Origin: Lama glama
Lineage: Eukaryota
Length of the DNA stretch: 64,000 nt
Direction: 5' to 3'
NCBI GenBank assembly: GCA_028534125.1
Contig: CM052817.1
Location: 87,422,001-87,486,000 of the forward strand
The position numbers and the translations under genes were made by a program. Numbering within the stretch: the stretch's first letter is position 1; the number at the start of each line of letters is the position of its first letter. Shown here in pieces: positions 40,626-54,723 of the stretch. The notes under the pieces are model-generated. The model ran no database searches. It was not told where the DNA came from and saw only the letters and a list, made by a program, of their open reading frames with translations.

Positions 40626-41689
40626 ATATTGTCATTACTATAATTACTGGTACTTTACATAAAATAGTTATGGAATTTTAGTATTCAAATAAAACTTCCA
40701 TTTAATAGAAATAGTAATATAATTTATAGTTAGATGAGTGTAAGCACATAATAATTTAAAGCATAGAATATATTTAAAGAGTTAGAATTTAGTTGATCAG
40801 ATATTACAGTAATTATCAACCATATCTTTTCCTTGAAACAAGTTACATGTAAATATTGTACACTACATCATTTATTCTGCTGACATTAGTTTTTGGTCCT
40901 TATCAGGGCTCAAGGAGAGGTCTCTTGAAGGATGTGGTTTATTTGTGATACATTGTGATTCTTTTTAAATATGGTATTTTTAGGAGTGCAAAAATTACCC
41001 TTTATTTTCGTAGAAAAAAAAATGTGGATTAGGAACCTTACGAGACCTCTCTTGCAAAAGCAATAGGAAATTCTAAATCTCTCAGGATTTGAACTACATG
41101 ATTACAAGTTTCCCTTTCTCTCAAAATTATTTGCACATAAGGAACTATTATTTGCTATCCAGCATGTGACATAACTAACTGTAATATTGCCAAATAACAA
41201 GTGTCACTCTCCCTTAGGGAAATGCACCCTTGAATCATAAAGTAGAAAAGGCAAGGTAATTTGGGGTCTCTAAATTTTTATAAAAATTGCAGCATTGATG
41301 CATTTGCTTTACCTTTCCTGTTCCCAGTTTCCCTTTTTTGTTTCTCGTGGTGGTTTACTCTGAAATCTTCACTTTTCCCTGTTCACCTTGATGATCAACA
41401 TCACTCATTTTACACATCACAGATTAGGTATACAAATGATAATTTTTTTTTGGCTGACTTGAAATGATTTCCTTCTGTGACTTCTAAGTGGCTTAATCTC
41501 AGCCACTTTTATTGTTGGCCTTTGTTAATTCTAAGTATTAAAGACATAATATTAATTTTAGTTCTGGCAGAGTCTTTAGCTCATAATCTTCAGCTGTGTG
41601 TTGGGGGTAAGGGGAGAATAGATTTCAAATAACTACTAAGGATATGCAACCTTCAGCATAATCTAGTTTTAGAGCTTTGCAGTCAATCT

Positions 41690-42027
41690 TTTCTTAGTCC
41701 ATGGGGGCCGCTATAACAATACTATAAACTGGATGGCTTAATAATGACAAATACTTATTTCTCACAATTCTGGAGGTTAGGTAACCTAAATCAAGGTACA
41801 GTGTCTGATAAGAGTGCATTTCTTAAATGACCATGTTTTCACTGCAATTTCACAGGGTGGAAGGATTTAGGGAACTCTGTGTGGTCTCTTTTATAAGAAT
41901 AAGAATCCCATTCATGAGGGCTCCACCCTCATGATCTAAGCTCCTCCCAAAGTCCCCATCTCCTAATACCATTCCCTTGGGCATTAGAATTTCAACATAC
42001 GAATTTGAGGGGGAACACAAACTACAG
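41690..42027 (-). mobile_element. MaLR LTR (MLT1A/MLT1A0-like)
   Basis: 'ttatttctcacaattctggagg...aatcccattcatgagggctccaccctcatga...tttcaacatacgaattt'. Confidence 0.9.
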
Positions 42028-42124
42028 GAATTCCTATGTGCATCACCAGTACCAGAGTACTTATTTGTTTTTTGTGTCTGTGTGTCTGCCTTTTTCCCAT
42101 GAATGCTTCTTTTTTATTTTAATC

Positions 42125-42350
42125 CTGGCTTCCTAGGTCCCACCTTTGTTGTCAGCAGAGCACAGCTGTCCATCAATGGTTGGTCTGAGAGTGTTCTCCA
42201 ACACCTTGAGCCAATAAGGTTCCCACTCATGACTAATGGGTCTCTGTGAAGATTGGGTGACCCATTCAATGCTTAGACAGTTTAAAAGTCTATTTCAGAT
42301 TTTTCTTTCTCCTGAGCCTTCTTTCTTTCTCCTCTGTATGTACACAAGGC
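42125..42350 (-). mobile_element. Old L1 (L1MC/MD-like) 5'-region fragment
   Basis: 'aacaccttgagccaataaggttccca...cattcaatgcttagacagttta'. Confidence 0.5.
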
Positions 42351-42838
42351 ATAATAATATGCAATGAATACAATATTTAAAAAATTAAATAAAGAACTGA
42401 AGCATAATCTTCAATATAATGTTAGGTATTCATATATGACTATCTTCTTTAAAATGAACCACATAATTACTAATGCAAATCTTCCAATTCTAACTTCAGT
42501 TCTACTAAATAATTTTTTTGAAAAGGCAGTATGTAAATTAAGATGTATTTCCAACCTAATAGGTTTCAAAATAATAGAGAATTATCATTTTTCTTTGTTA
42601 ATTTTCTTTGTTCTATCAAATCTCATTTAATATGACCATGCTGCTATTCTACTGGATTCATTCCATGTGTTTAATAAACAGCTTATTTTAATGTAGAACT
42701 GTTTTTCTAAAAATAAAACAGTGCATTTATTTTGATAACTGTCTTTGTCAGAAACTTTATAATGAAAAAATATGAATATTACTGATGAAGTGAAAATGAA
42801 ATTTATGAAGTTGAAGTCAAATCAAAATGGAAGGAAAC

Positions 42839-43362
42839 TGTGATGGTTCATTTTATGTGTCAGTTTATCTGGATTGGTAATCAGGTATTTGGTCAAACAC
42901 TAGTCTAGATGTTTCTATAAAGTACCTTTTATATGTGATTAACATGTACAATCAGTTGACTTACGTAAAGCAGATTATCCTCCATAATGTGGATAGACTT
43001 TATTCAATCAGTTGAAGACTTAAGAACAAAGAATGAGGTTTCTCAAAGAAGGAATTCTGCCTTCGGACTGCAGCATAGAAAGAAAACCTACATTTTCAGT
43101 TTCATACTCAAGACTGCACACACTTACCTGAATCTCTACCCTGTTAGCTTGCTGTATGAATTTTAGACTTGCTAGCCTCCAAAACTGCATGAGCCAATTT
43201 CTTACCACAAATTTCATATATGTATAAAACGCGTGCAGACATAATATTAACATATGTATGTTATTAATATCAAATATAATAATTGCATGTAATATGTAAT
43301 ATTAATATACATACATATTAGAGCTCCTATTGGTTCTCCTTCTCTGAAGAACCCCAGAAATG
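42839..43362 (+). mobile_element. MLT2 LTR (MLT2D-like, ERVL)
   Basis: Start 'tgtgatggttcattttatgtgtca', internal 'gtaaagcagattatcctccataatgtgg' and 'gagccaatttctta', end 'cctattggttct..ttctctgaagaaccc'. Confidence 0.9.
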
Positions 43363-44479
43363 AAAAAGGAAATGTTCATTATTAAAAATTGTTAAATACA
43401 TTCAGCTAAATTTCAGGGATGCCTTAGTGTAAAATCACAAATGAAATCATAATAATATCTTTTATCTTTTGCCAAGCTGTTTTATATATTTAATAGTAAG
43501 TCAATAGAATTTCACATTGATTTTGGAGACCAACACATTTCTTCCCTCAGCCTTCTTGTGAAACATAGATCACTCTCAAAAACTCCAAAAGGAACACTTG
43601 ATATCTAAGCATTTGAGTTTTATTACTTTGGTAATAAGCAAGAATAAGTTATGCAAAAAACGATATTTTCCACATGCTCAGATAGTGCCAAAGCAAGAGC
43701 TTTTGAGTAAATTTCTCTGAGGGAGGCCATTGCGTGAAGGGAGCAGCAGCAGGCCTATCAGTATTTAGCTTCACCAACTGTGAGATACAAGAGTCTGAAT
43801 GGAGAATTCAGGATAGAAACACCACCTTCTCAAAGTGGGTAACCACCAAATGGCAGCATGACAATGGGTTTCACCTGTCCGTGAAAATAGAATTAAAGAA
43901 AGAATGGAAGGAACATCCAGAGGTAGAAATAGCATCCAAGCTGATCCATACTTCTCTATCTCATAGTGCAGGGATAGTCCAAAGACAAGAAATAAAAGGA
44001 AAATAGAGAAAGAGTGTGTGGGCCAACTCTCCTCTGCATATGCAACAAATAGGCTCACTTCTGTCCAGGCTCATTTGGAGAAATAACAAATCTCAAGAAA
44101 CAAATTCCAAATTGAAAAACAGACCACAGTGCAAAAGCTATGTACAGTGAAGGACTTTGTTCTTGATTAAATGTACAATAAGGGATTGGAGAAAAGTAGG
44201 AAAAAATTTGAGATTCCTCAAAAGGCTCTCAAAGAAAAATCAAACATCTGAATCCACAAGCCACATGTTTATAAAATGTTTATCAATCTGTAAACACACA
44301 ATAACACACAAATCAGAACATTTGCTTAGTTTCTTGCTACTGACCTCGGTTTTTAATGCTGTGCTACATATCATTATTTGAAAGCCAGTGTATTTCAGAA
44401 GAATAATACATGGCAACTTTTCTCACAATGTAGTCTAAGATTCTCTATCATAATAATAGATGGTCTGTGGTAAAAGAAG

Positions 44480-44549
44480 AAAAAGAAGGAGGAAATGGGA
44501 ACAGAAGGGAGAGGAGGAAGAGAAGGGGGAGGAGGAGAGGGGAAGGGGC
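44480..44549. repeat. Polypurine (GA-rich) low-complexity tract
   Basis: Seen directly. Confidence 0.8.
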
Positions 44550-44952
44550 TATTCCTGTTCTAAAATATATTCTTAAACTATACGCAATGATGAAGGTGAT
44601 ATTCAGTCATCTATCCAACAAATATGTGCCATTTACAATGTGACAGCATTGTTTTGGACTCTGGAGAATTTACAACAGTGAAAAACAATTATTTCCATCT
44701 CTGTACAAATATGCTTCTCCCCATCACAAAGAGACCTTTATGTCCACTACCCATGATTGACCTTACGACTTTTGAGCCAATAAAACCAACAGAATAAAAT
44801 CAAACCGGTGCTATGTGGTTCCAGACTGAGGCAGTTTATTACTTTTGCTCTTGGAAACCAGCTGCCATTTAAAAGAACCCATTCCTCTGTTGGAGAAATA
44901 GGCCAGATGGATACAGAGAGACTTTGGAAAATAAGAGACAGGGGAACCATGA

Positions 44953-45029
44953 GTAAGACTGAAACATTCTGCTGTACACCAGAGATTGACACAATAATGT
45001 AAACTGACTATACTTCAATTAAAAAAAAA
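44953..45029 (+). mobile_element. Very short young L1 3' terminus
   Basis: 'gactgaaacattctgctgtacaccagagattgacacaataatgtaaactgactatacttcaattaaaaaaaaa', homologous to the end of the 10583 element. Confidence 0.85.
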
Positions 45030-45344
45030 TGAAATAAATGGCCTGAAAAACGGCCTGAAAAATGTCCTATTACGCAAACACAATAGGAGAACCACCAAAA
45101 GATGATAAATAGCATATAAAAGGCAGATGCAAAATTCAGGCTGGAAGAGAACACTTTCCAAGGGATTGAAATTGATTTCCTATTTTTCTTTTGAAGAGTT
45201 TTGTACTAATAATTCTATCATACCTAAGCTCAAAAAGGAGGTGATAAAACAATAAAATGAGATAATAAAGAAGCTGAACTAGAGAATCAGATTGAGAACA
45301 ATCTACTGTATCATTGCTTACTTTCTACATAAATTTGATAAATA

Positions 45345-45610
45345 ACAATAATATCTAATATTTATTGAGTCACTACTATATGCCAGGAACTCATAATCAC
45401 ATTGCTTGTGTTAACTCTTTTTGTACTAACAAAAACTCTGAGGTAGAAAATACTAGTTCCTCCATTTTAAAAATAATAAAACTTCAGACACAGATTGGCT
45501 AAGCAGCTTGCCTAAACCTAGGATCACAGGTTTCGTACACTGCAAAGCCAGGATGAGGACACTTGCTGGGTCTTTCCAGAACCCATGCTTAACAAAATGC
45601 CACCCTGCTA
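45345..45610 (-). mobile_element. MIR SINE
   Basis: 'atttattgagtcactactatatgccaggaact...ctccatttta...taagcagcttgcctaa...cccatgcttaac'. Confidence 0.8.
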
Positions 45611-48130
45611 CCCTGTCTTGAAAGAATAAAATCAATTTAATGTCATGGAGGAATACAGAGGGAAAAAACCCCAAATTATTAAAGTAAGTTGAGAAAAAAA
45701 AGTATAGATAAGGAGAACAGACATATTGGTTCAACATAAAGATAATGAGCGAGTAGTGGTTAAAAAAATCAATAAATGGAATAGAAATTCAAATGCGTAA
45801 GAGCAACCTTTCTATAAAGTGAAAGAATAAATAAATATTTTAATTTAAATTAAAATTATAAGGGAAAAATTTCATACAAAATTACTAGCATCAAGGCACA
45901 TCTGAATTACTTGATTCAACTATAGGGATAATTTTTCAAGGAGCCCAGAAGATGGGGAGAAAAAAAAGCATATGGAGACAAACATCAGAATCTGAGGATG
46001 TATGCAAACTGGCCATGGGATACTATAAGGAAACAGAACAAGAATAAGGAAAAGATCCAGAGAGTTAAAATCAGATAATTTATCCTAATATAAAGATAAA
46101 ATGCAAAAATTCTCAAATAGCAATGAATCATCCTCCGTGAGAATTTTTTAAAAAAACTAAATGATTAAGGCTAAAAACAATTACTTGAAATAATGACTAA
46201 GTTATAGAGGATATGGTAAAAGGACTGGTTTGGAAAGATGAGTTTGTTTATTATAAACATGTGACATAAAATAATAACTACAATTTCTTGATGGTTTTTA
46301 ATCTTTTTTTACTGCACTTAAAATGATCTTTTAGTCACTAATATATTGTGCTGAAGGAATAGTTATTGGAAATAATTTCTTCCATTTCAGATGATTGTTT
46401 CTCCTTCTCCTAAATTAAAGTAAAATTAAATAAAAAAATTAAATATTTGTCTTTAAACAATACAACTTAATTCTTATAAAGCTATGTGGACCCTTTATGC
46501 AAAATATATGTGTGTATGTATTTACTTATCAATGCATGGATGTCTGTAAGCATGTTAACTAAATCTTAACATTCTTACTAAGTGTTGGGCTGTGTTCTCT
46601 GTTTTTGTTGCTTGAATTTCCTACTAATAGGCATAAAATAGCACAGCAAACATACCTATAATATTAATGCATAAAATAATGTCAACTGAATACACACATA
46701 TGTAAAGTGTGTATTAAATAACTCCTTCACATATTGTGCATTGCTTAATTTTGGAATATGCTTAAATTGATTTTTTAATATTTATTTTACATTAAGCACC
46801 TACACTGCAGAAAATCATTCATGATGGACCTGTGGCTGAAAGACGTCAATTTTTTTAAAAAGAAGTAAGAAAGCAGAGTTGTGTGATCCTCCAAGAGTCT
46901 CAGAAATATTCAAGAAAGATGCAAGAATAAGTTGTATTTTAATTTTTAAAAATAGTATTTAATTTCTTAGTGGTTGATATTGTTCCAAATAGTGATGAAT
47001 TTTCTTAACCAAATGGCCATAACTGTTTGACATGCAACTCAAACTAGAAATTCTCCCTCTAGGAATTGGAATTTGAAACTGTTAATCAGAGAAGCTGGGA
47101 GTGTGGGGGCTGATTTTGAGAATCAGCAGCGTTTCCATAGAGAAAATCCAAAAATTCCTACTGTTGAGGTTCTTGTCTGGAGCTCTGCTCATCTGTTCCT
47201 TAAATTCTGTAATTTACTACAGTATCCTTCCAATCCTTTCTCTTGTTTGGCTTAAGCTAAAAAGAATGGTTTCTATCACTTTCTTCAGAAAGAACCTAAA
47301 TTATTGTATTGGGAGTTTCATGTAGCATTGCAAATAATATAAACTTTAATAGACCAGATACTGCACTTGGTAGGAGGATTCACTTCTACAATATCAGCCT
47401 TAATATTCAGGAGATAAATAGTCAAATTGTTTTAAGAGTATCATTTTATAAATAAATTATGCTTATTTAAAATTATTGACTGCAGAACATATAGAAAAAT
47501 AGAAAACTTTTTAAAGCAGATGTAACGAAGGAAAAGTCGTGTTATTGATAAAATTACATTGAAAGAAGTCATTGAGCAGTCTGTATTTCACACTAGGAAT
47601 TTCTGCCTGGTTTATCGCCTACAATCTTTACAGTATAGTCTAATCCAATTTTGTTTCTCAGTAGATATATTAAGCAGGTGGTATCACTTTTACAGAAGGA
47701 AGTCCTTCCCTTCTAGGTTAAGTGATTCCAAAGGCGGATTTGCCCTAGTTATTCTGTATATGTTCTTAAACTAAAATACTTAATTTTACATTTCTTAATT
47801 CCCTCATTCCCAGTTGCAATTGCATGCCCTATTATTATTATTATGCCCTCTTTTAAAAATCAGTATTACTAATCGTATTTTTTTAAAAATGTGAAAATTA
47901 AGAAACATAAGAGGAAGTGTGGGTAAGAGGACTGGATTTATTGTGCTTTTTAATATACTGAATAATGCATCAATCTGTTTCATCTTTACCCTGGATAAAA
48001 GTGTTGTGAAGAATATTTTTTTTAGAAAAGTAGTGAGATTTCACAGATATACCCATAAACTTTGTGCCTATATGAATAAATACTTTTTCAAATTTTTATT
48101 TCACTTGCAATAAGTAGCAGAAGGAACTTT

Positions 48131-48642
48131 AAATTTTTTTATTTTTAATGTACAATTTTAAAAGTTTAAGTTTAATTTTTTTATACTCAGTTTACAATGT
48201 TGTGTCAATTTCTGGTGTACAGCATAATGTTTCAGTCATACATATGCATACTTATGTTCATTTTCATATTCTTTTTCATTATAGGTTACTAAAATATATT
48301 GAATATAGTGCTATACAGTATAAACTTGTTGTTTATCTATTTTATATATAGTAGTTAGTATCTGCAAATCTCAAACTCCTGAATTATCCCTTCCAACCCC
48401 TTTCCCCTACTGGTAACCATAAGTTTATTTTCTGTCTGTGAGACTGTTTCTGTTTTGTAACAAAAGTTCATTTGTGGATTTTTTGTTTTTGTTTTTGTTT
48501 TTTTAGATTTCACGTATTAATGATCTCATATGGTATTTTTCTTTTTCTGGCTTATTTCTGTTACAATAACAATTTCCAGGTCCATCCTTGTTGCAGCAAA
48601 TGGCATTATTTTATTTTTTTTAAGGCTGAGTATTATTCCATT

Positions 48643-48704
<62 letters not shown>

Positions 48705-48782
48705 CATATACATAACTTCTCTATCCAGTCATCTGTCAATGGAGATTTAGGTTGTTTCCATGTTTGGCTATTGTAAATAGTG
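48131..48782 (-). mobile_element. Young 5'-truncated L1 3' end with perfect 15-bp TSD
   Basis: TSD agcagaaggaacttt at 48116-48130 and 48783-48797. The body is antisense L1 3' UTR ('cagtttacaatgttgtgtcaatttctggtgtacagca'). Confidence 0.95.
48643..48701. repeat. Compound (CA)n(TA)n microsatellite inside the L1
   Basis: Seen directly. Confidence 0.95.
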
Positions 48783-50209
48783 AGCAGAAGGAACTTTTGA
48801 TGCAAATTTCAGAGTACTAAAAAGGACTCAAAAATCAAAAAAAAAAATCTCTGCATTAAAAAATCTATTAATTTCAATATAATCATGATTAATGATGATA
48901 TACCAATCATAATGATAATAAAAAGGGCTCTGATTCATATAATAGCAAGGAAATATGTGTTACATATTAAAAATGTATAAAGCTGGAGCATCAAGTACAA
49001 ATAAAATAAAGGTTGACTAATAATCCTAATAATCTGTGCAAACCTTATTAATCTGGTCCCTGACTATTTCTCCAGGCTCATTTCTCAAACTCTGTTAGGT
49101 TTGAATTCTTTCAATTCTGATGAACTGAAAATTAAGACATGGCACCTCTGAATGTTTAGGTATACTATCAGCTCTCTTGTGAAAACTCTCCCTAAACACC
49201 TCAAGATAAACTCATCTTTTTCCATTTATATCCTATTTATTTCAGTTCTCAGATTAAATATCATGTTTTAAAACTTAGATTCCTTTTAATAAATTTTCAT
49301 TGCGTTTGTAGCAGTTTAGCTTTTTGATGTTTGCCTTCCTAATGTAAAATTCACTCCAAGAAGGGGTAATATGCCTATTTGTTCACCATTAAAGGACCAG
49401 TTCCTAGACCAAGAACTAAATATTGTAATTCATGGGTGAGTGTACATTGAATTCAATCATGTTAACATAAGTAAGGGCAAAAAACAAAATTATTTTCAGC
49501 AAAATGAATCTGAGGAGTATGTTTCTTTTATTTATTTCCTTAAGGAAAATGACTAAATTCTCATTTAATTATATGCACTAAAACTAAAATAAATGTATAT
49601 TTTAAAACATCTTTTGTATAAGTAAAAGTTTTGAGTTAGAATGTCTCTCTCTTTTTAAATTTCAAGTGGTTAAGAATAAAAATTTAATGTAGTAATAAAT
49701 TCTTGAATTTTACTACCTCATGAAAACTGTGAAATTCAAGTCTTATAAAGGATGAGAGGACATTTTTCCTAATTTATTTATCATTCTAACAATAATTTTC
49801 CATCTGCATCTGAAGTAAAACTAAAGGAGGGCACAATATTTCAGAACAAATTAGGAGAGAAGATATTTTAACCATCATTATATACAATTAAAAGTAATAA
49901 ATTCTGTCCTTCATTTTACTTCAATTTTAATAGTTGATAATGCCAGTGGCAATTTGTTTTAAAGATTAAAGTTTGTATTTATCCTTTCAATGTAGAAACA
50001 AAACAAGTTTTTTTTTTGTGTTAGTCATCTTGGCATTTGACTTTATTCTTGGCAGTCAATATTAGTTGACTATAAAAGAAAGAATGCATGAATGAGTGAA
50101 ACTAATATAGGAATAGTGGAAACATTTACTGTGTGTATTTAAAAAAACCATTTTGGCACTTTCTTCCATACTTCCCTGCTACCTGGTATTTCTCAAAACA
50201 AGGAAACGT

Positions 50210-50725
50210 GATAGCTAATATATAAAGCCAGCCCAATAAACCCAAACCCATCAGTATTCACATCCTCCTGTGGTCCCTCCCTTTGAATCAGGGCCAACCC
50301 TATGTTGTGGGTTGACTTATGGTCTTCCCCCAAATTCATATGTTGATGTTCTAACCTCCAGTATCTCAGAATATGTCCTTTTTTGGAGATGAAATATTTC
50401 CAGAGGTAATTAAGTTAAAATGTGGTCATCAGGGTGGGTTCTAATCCTGTATGACTAGTGTCCTCTTAAAAAAGGGGAAATTTGGACAAAGGCAGACACA
50501 GGGAGAATGTCATGTGAAGAGGAAAGCTGAGCTCTACAAGCAACGTGACTCTGAAGATTGCCAAGAACCGACAGGGGTACAGAACAGGCTCTTCCTCACA
50601 GCCTTCCAGAGGAAGCAACACAGCCAAGCTCAGTCAGCCCACAGAGCCATGAGGTCTTATAATAAATTGTTTTAAGTCACAAAGTTTTGGAGGGGTTTGT
50701 CATGTTGCAACAGGCTAGTGGGACA
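50210..50725 (+). mobile_element. Composite MaLR LTR: older MLT1F/G/H-like ends around an MLT1B/C-like core (~50302-50625)
   Basis: Core 'ccccaaattcatatgttga...gtaattaagttaaaatg...atgactagtgtcct'. Distal end 'cagcccacagagccatgag...aataaattgttttaagtcacaaagttttggagggg'. Confidence 0.75.
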
Positions 50726-50754
50726 CTAGAGTTCTTTAGTTATTTTAGGGTTTT

Positions 50755-50915
50755 GGTGGTTCTCAAAGTGTTCTCATCAGACCAGCATCATAAGCAACAC
50801 CAGGAAGTTTTTAATAATGTAAATTCTCAGGCCTGAATCAAAAACTCCAGGGCTAAGTCTCCACAGTTTATGTTTGAATAGACTGTAGGTGGTTCTGATG
50901 CAAGCTCCAGTTTCT
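50755..50915. mobile_element. MER5A (hAT-Charlie MITE)
   Basis: 'gtggttctcaaagtg...gaccagca...aaattctcaggcc...tgaatcaaaaactc...ggtggttctgatgca'. Confidence 0.8.
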
Positions 50916-50949
50916 CATTGAATCTTCTACACTTTTAGTTTTACAGAGA

Positions 50950-51385
50950 CTAAATGTAGGCAAAAATATAGACCTTAACATAGCCTAGAAGGGCTTGTCT
51001 CATCTGCCCAGTACCTACCTGCCTTTCAGCCTCCCTCATGCTAAATCTCACCTTGAGCCAAATGCTCCAGCCATGTTTCCTACACGTTCTGCTCTCGACA
51101 AGTCCAGGCAAATGCCACTGCCTCTTCCTTCCTGGATTTCTTTTCCATTTTCTCTTCAGCTCTTCCTATTAACCTTTCTATCTCACCTAAACTTTACTTC
51201 CTCATGGGAGCTTATGCTGTGTTTCTTGACTAGGCCAACTTTCCTGTCAATAGGTCTTTAGTGTACTATGCACCTGTTTTGTAGATGACATGTCACAGTT
51301 GAACCTCTACATGTGTTTGTGTAATTGTTCAGTATTATGCCTCTTCCCACAATAGACTGCAAATTCCATTAGAGTAGGAACAATA
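50950..51385 (+). mobile_element. L2 fragment
   Basis: 'ccttaacatagcctagaagg...tgcctcttccttcctgga...acttcctcatgggagc...tagactgcaaattccattagagtagg'. Confidence 0.65.
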
Positions 51386-54300
51386 TTAGTGAAAGAGTGA
51401 GCAAGATAAAGATTAGCCAACTGAGTTTTCAATAGAGTAGTAATAATATTTATGTAAACTTTTGTTAGCACTCATTGTACAGGCATATATATTTAGCTAA
51501 TTAGCTCATTTAATACAGCTTTGTAAATGATAGTGATAAGAACAGTCCTCAAGTTCTAGCTTAAAGCAAAATTTTATTTTGTCTCTATTTCATGCTTATC
51601 ACATCTTTTTTCCAAAAGCAATGAGACCCGTTCAAACATGGAATGTATTTTGAACCTTAAAGCAGAAAGTTTTCTAATTACCAAATTACAATATTTTATA
51701 AGAAGGATGGTTTAAAAATATTTGAGGAGAATTTTTATGCAATAACTGTGTTCACATGCTTTAGATACAAAGCTTAGAATTATATTCAGATATGATCATT
51801 AAATAGCACATATTTGAGCAACAGTTCCTTTTGAGGGTTGTTTTCAACATTTTCAACAATCAGTGTGCTACAGACAAGAAATCAGAGTGGACACTTGCCA
51901 TCATGCCCCAGCAAGTCCAAGAGGAGCCTGCTATACCAGGTATGAATTTTTTCTTCCCAGATTACAGCTTCAAGGTGGTCTGGGGGGATTCTGGAGAGGG
52001 GCAAAGTGACCTGCTAGAGTGGGGTATTGAGAAGGATGAGCTCAGAAAAGAGACAATATTTGTTTGTACTGGCTATTCACAGCCCTTCAGCCTGGTTCTG
52101 TGAACTTCAGGAGTGAGTTAAGATGAGTAGGATGCATCTCCTGCCATGAAAAAGGTAAATTCTTCAGCCACACATAACTCCTTAGAAGGTGGGAGGATGT
52201 AGACCCTAGTTGGGCAGAAGTTTTCTCAGAAAAAAGTAGAGCTGGTCTGTGGGGATAGAACAGTAATCCTGGCCCCTCTAAATTTGGTCTACAATACAGG
52301 AGACCCTCAACAAACATCTGTTGAACAAATATATGATATTTCTAAGAAATATACTTGAACTTCTGACATGTGGGGAGAAATTTTCCTTGTAAGAAACACA
52401 TAGTTACTCAAAAACTAATTTTTATTTATATAAATACAGGCATTTTTGAAGAAAGTTTTAAAAATATAAATCTGCTTCTCTCTAATCACATTCTTTTTCT
52501 TATTATTCTGCACTTCAGTTTATTTAAATCCATTTAATCTCTATTGCTGGTGTGGACAAATATAAGATGACACCGTCCACCTCATAATCAAATGTGCAGA
52601 AAAAAGAATGAAGTGGAGAAAAGAAGTTAACATTTTCACACAAAGCAGCCCTGTTTGATACTATAGCTAAGGCACAATTCCTTCTGATGGGCCACTCTGG
52701 TTACTGTTTTGATAGTTTAAAAAGACTCAACCATATTTGTGTGTTCTGCTTAAAATTAAACAGGCTTAGTTTATGCAGAAGATACATTTCTTTAGCTGTA
52801 CTTACCAAGCCAGCTAAGCTTTATGAATTCCACCAATGAAAGCAGAGGGTTTGGTGTGAACTGTGATGGGAGAACCAAGTCTTCCTCCTTGAGGTTCTGA
52901 AGGTATGAAGAAACTCAGGAAGAAGAATCTGATTTAGAAATTCACTTCACCAATTATTTTTTCTTGTTTTCTACAATCACATATTCACTATCATTTATTT
53001 GTTTGCAAAGTATTGCATTGCAACTTGTTCTAAAATATCCAAAGTTAACTTAAAATTATGGACATACTTCAGCAAAGAAAAATGTAATTAGAAATAAGCA
53101 AAGGAAAAAAGTTTAGGAAAGAAGATGAAGTCTGGAATGTTTGATACATAAGTTACATAATACAAGGTGAACTGTACTTAATAACCATGGTTGACAAAGT
53201 GAATAAAGAACTACCTAACACTGAATGTGGTGAGGAAAATCCAACTGCAAGAATAAAAATTTCCACAATTTTCCTGGAAAATACTAACTCGTCCTGATGT
53301 TGTTTGGATCAAGGTAATTTTATTTTTATCATTAAGATTCTATGCTATGAAATGTTATGCCTTGCCTGCTACTAACTGTGAACATTTTCCTGAATAACTA
53401 AATAAACCAACAATAACTGCTTAGAATGAAATAAATTTCATTAATTTCTAATTAAATATTTCATATTTCAAATGGATGTGTAAATCTTCAAAATTAAGTA
53501 AACATATTTTGTATACTTGATTATTCAACTGAAATGTATTTATTTACTTTCATAAAATTATAATAATTGTAAAAGTCTTGTATTGATTTAAGTTCATGTT
53601 ATAAAATTTGTGTGCTTTATGTTTCAAGTTCTATAATAATCTATGGTATATGATGTTCCAGGGAGAACAACACAGTGCAATGTTTAATCAGACTTGCCCT
53701 CAGTTATTGGCCTCAATAAACTAGAAATATTTCTAATTTCCCAGGATGTTATTATGAGAGTTATAACACACATAAATGTATTGAGGAATAGTCCTCAGTC
53801 CTTAGTCACTTTCTGGATATGGTACTTCAGGGATGAAGGCTCAGTTACTAACTAGAGTTCATTATTATGCTGCTATGCTATGGTTGAAATAGTCAGAGAT
53901 GTCTGCGTAATACACACCATGTTCTTACTGTACTTTCATTCACTGCTTGATTTTATTTTTCTTCCTCTAATATATTTCCCAGTTGTTTGCTGACTTGTTT
54001 TACTCATTTCCTAAAAGTGGTTTTACTTAAATTATACTGCTCCCTTAACACCATAATATTATAATTATCTTCGTTAACTCAGTCTCTCAGTCAGCTTGGT
54101 TGCATGAATGAAGGTTGGCTACTAAAAACCCATTTAGTGGTGGTGAGTTAGAACTGTACCTCTGAGCAACTGCTTATTTCACAGAATGTAAGTTCTTTGG
54201 CTTTATTCAGGATGAAGAAAATCATATAAAACAAGAAAAACTTTGTCCATGTAGTGTTTTGTCTTTTGTCATTATTTCTTTTAGTTTTTACACATTTAGT

Positions 54301-54723
54301 CTTCAAACTGATAAACCTATGGTTTTATCCTATTTACTTTGGCTAATTTCTTAAAGTTAGATTTAAGTTCCTCAAGAAATGGCCTCTTCTATATTTATTT
54401 ATTCACTCAAGAAGATTTATTGACTGCAAATCACCTGCTGAAACTATGTTAAGTGCGTTGATAATTATGAATAGGCTGTGAAATGAAACTAAAAGTGGTT
54501 TCAAAGTACTTTGAACAGTAGATAAATAAGAAAATTTAGGAAATGGTGTAATTTTATATCCTTACATTTTTGAAGAGTCTAATACTGGAAATACTTTTAA
54601 ATTTCTTACTAACTGTTCTTTTTTAAAATAAAATTTCAATTTTTTTAACTGCATACATTCAAATGAAATGTACTCATAGTCTATCAATAATCCCAACAGA
54701 GTAAGGATGAAGACTTCTGCAAC

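Noticed and set aside
45040..45062. Short direct repeats (ggcctgaaaaa x2; similar ones at ~22889-22923 and ~31310-31340)
   Set aside because: Ordinary slippage micro-duplications with no sign of function; this one is not a TSD of the adjacent L1 end.
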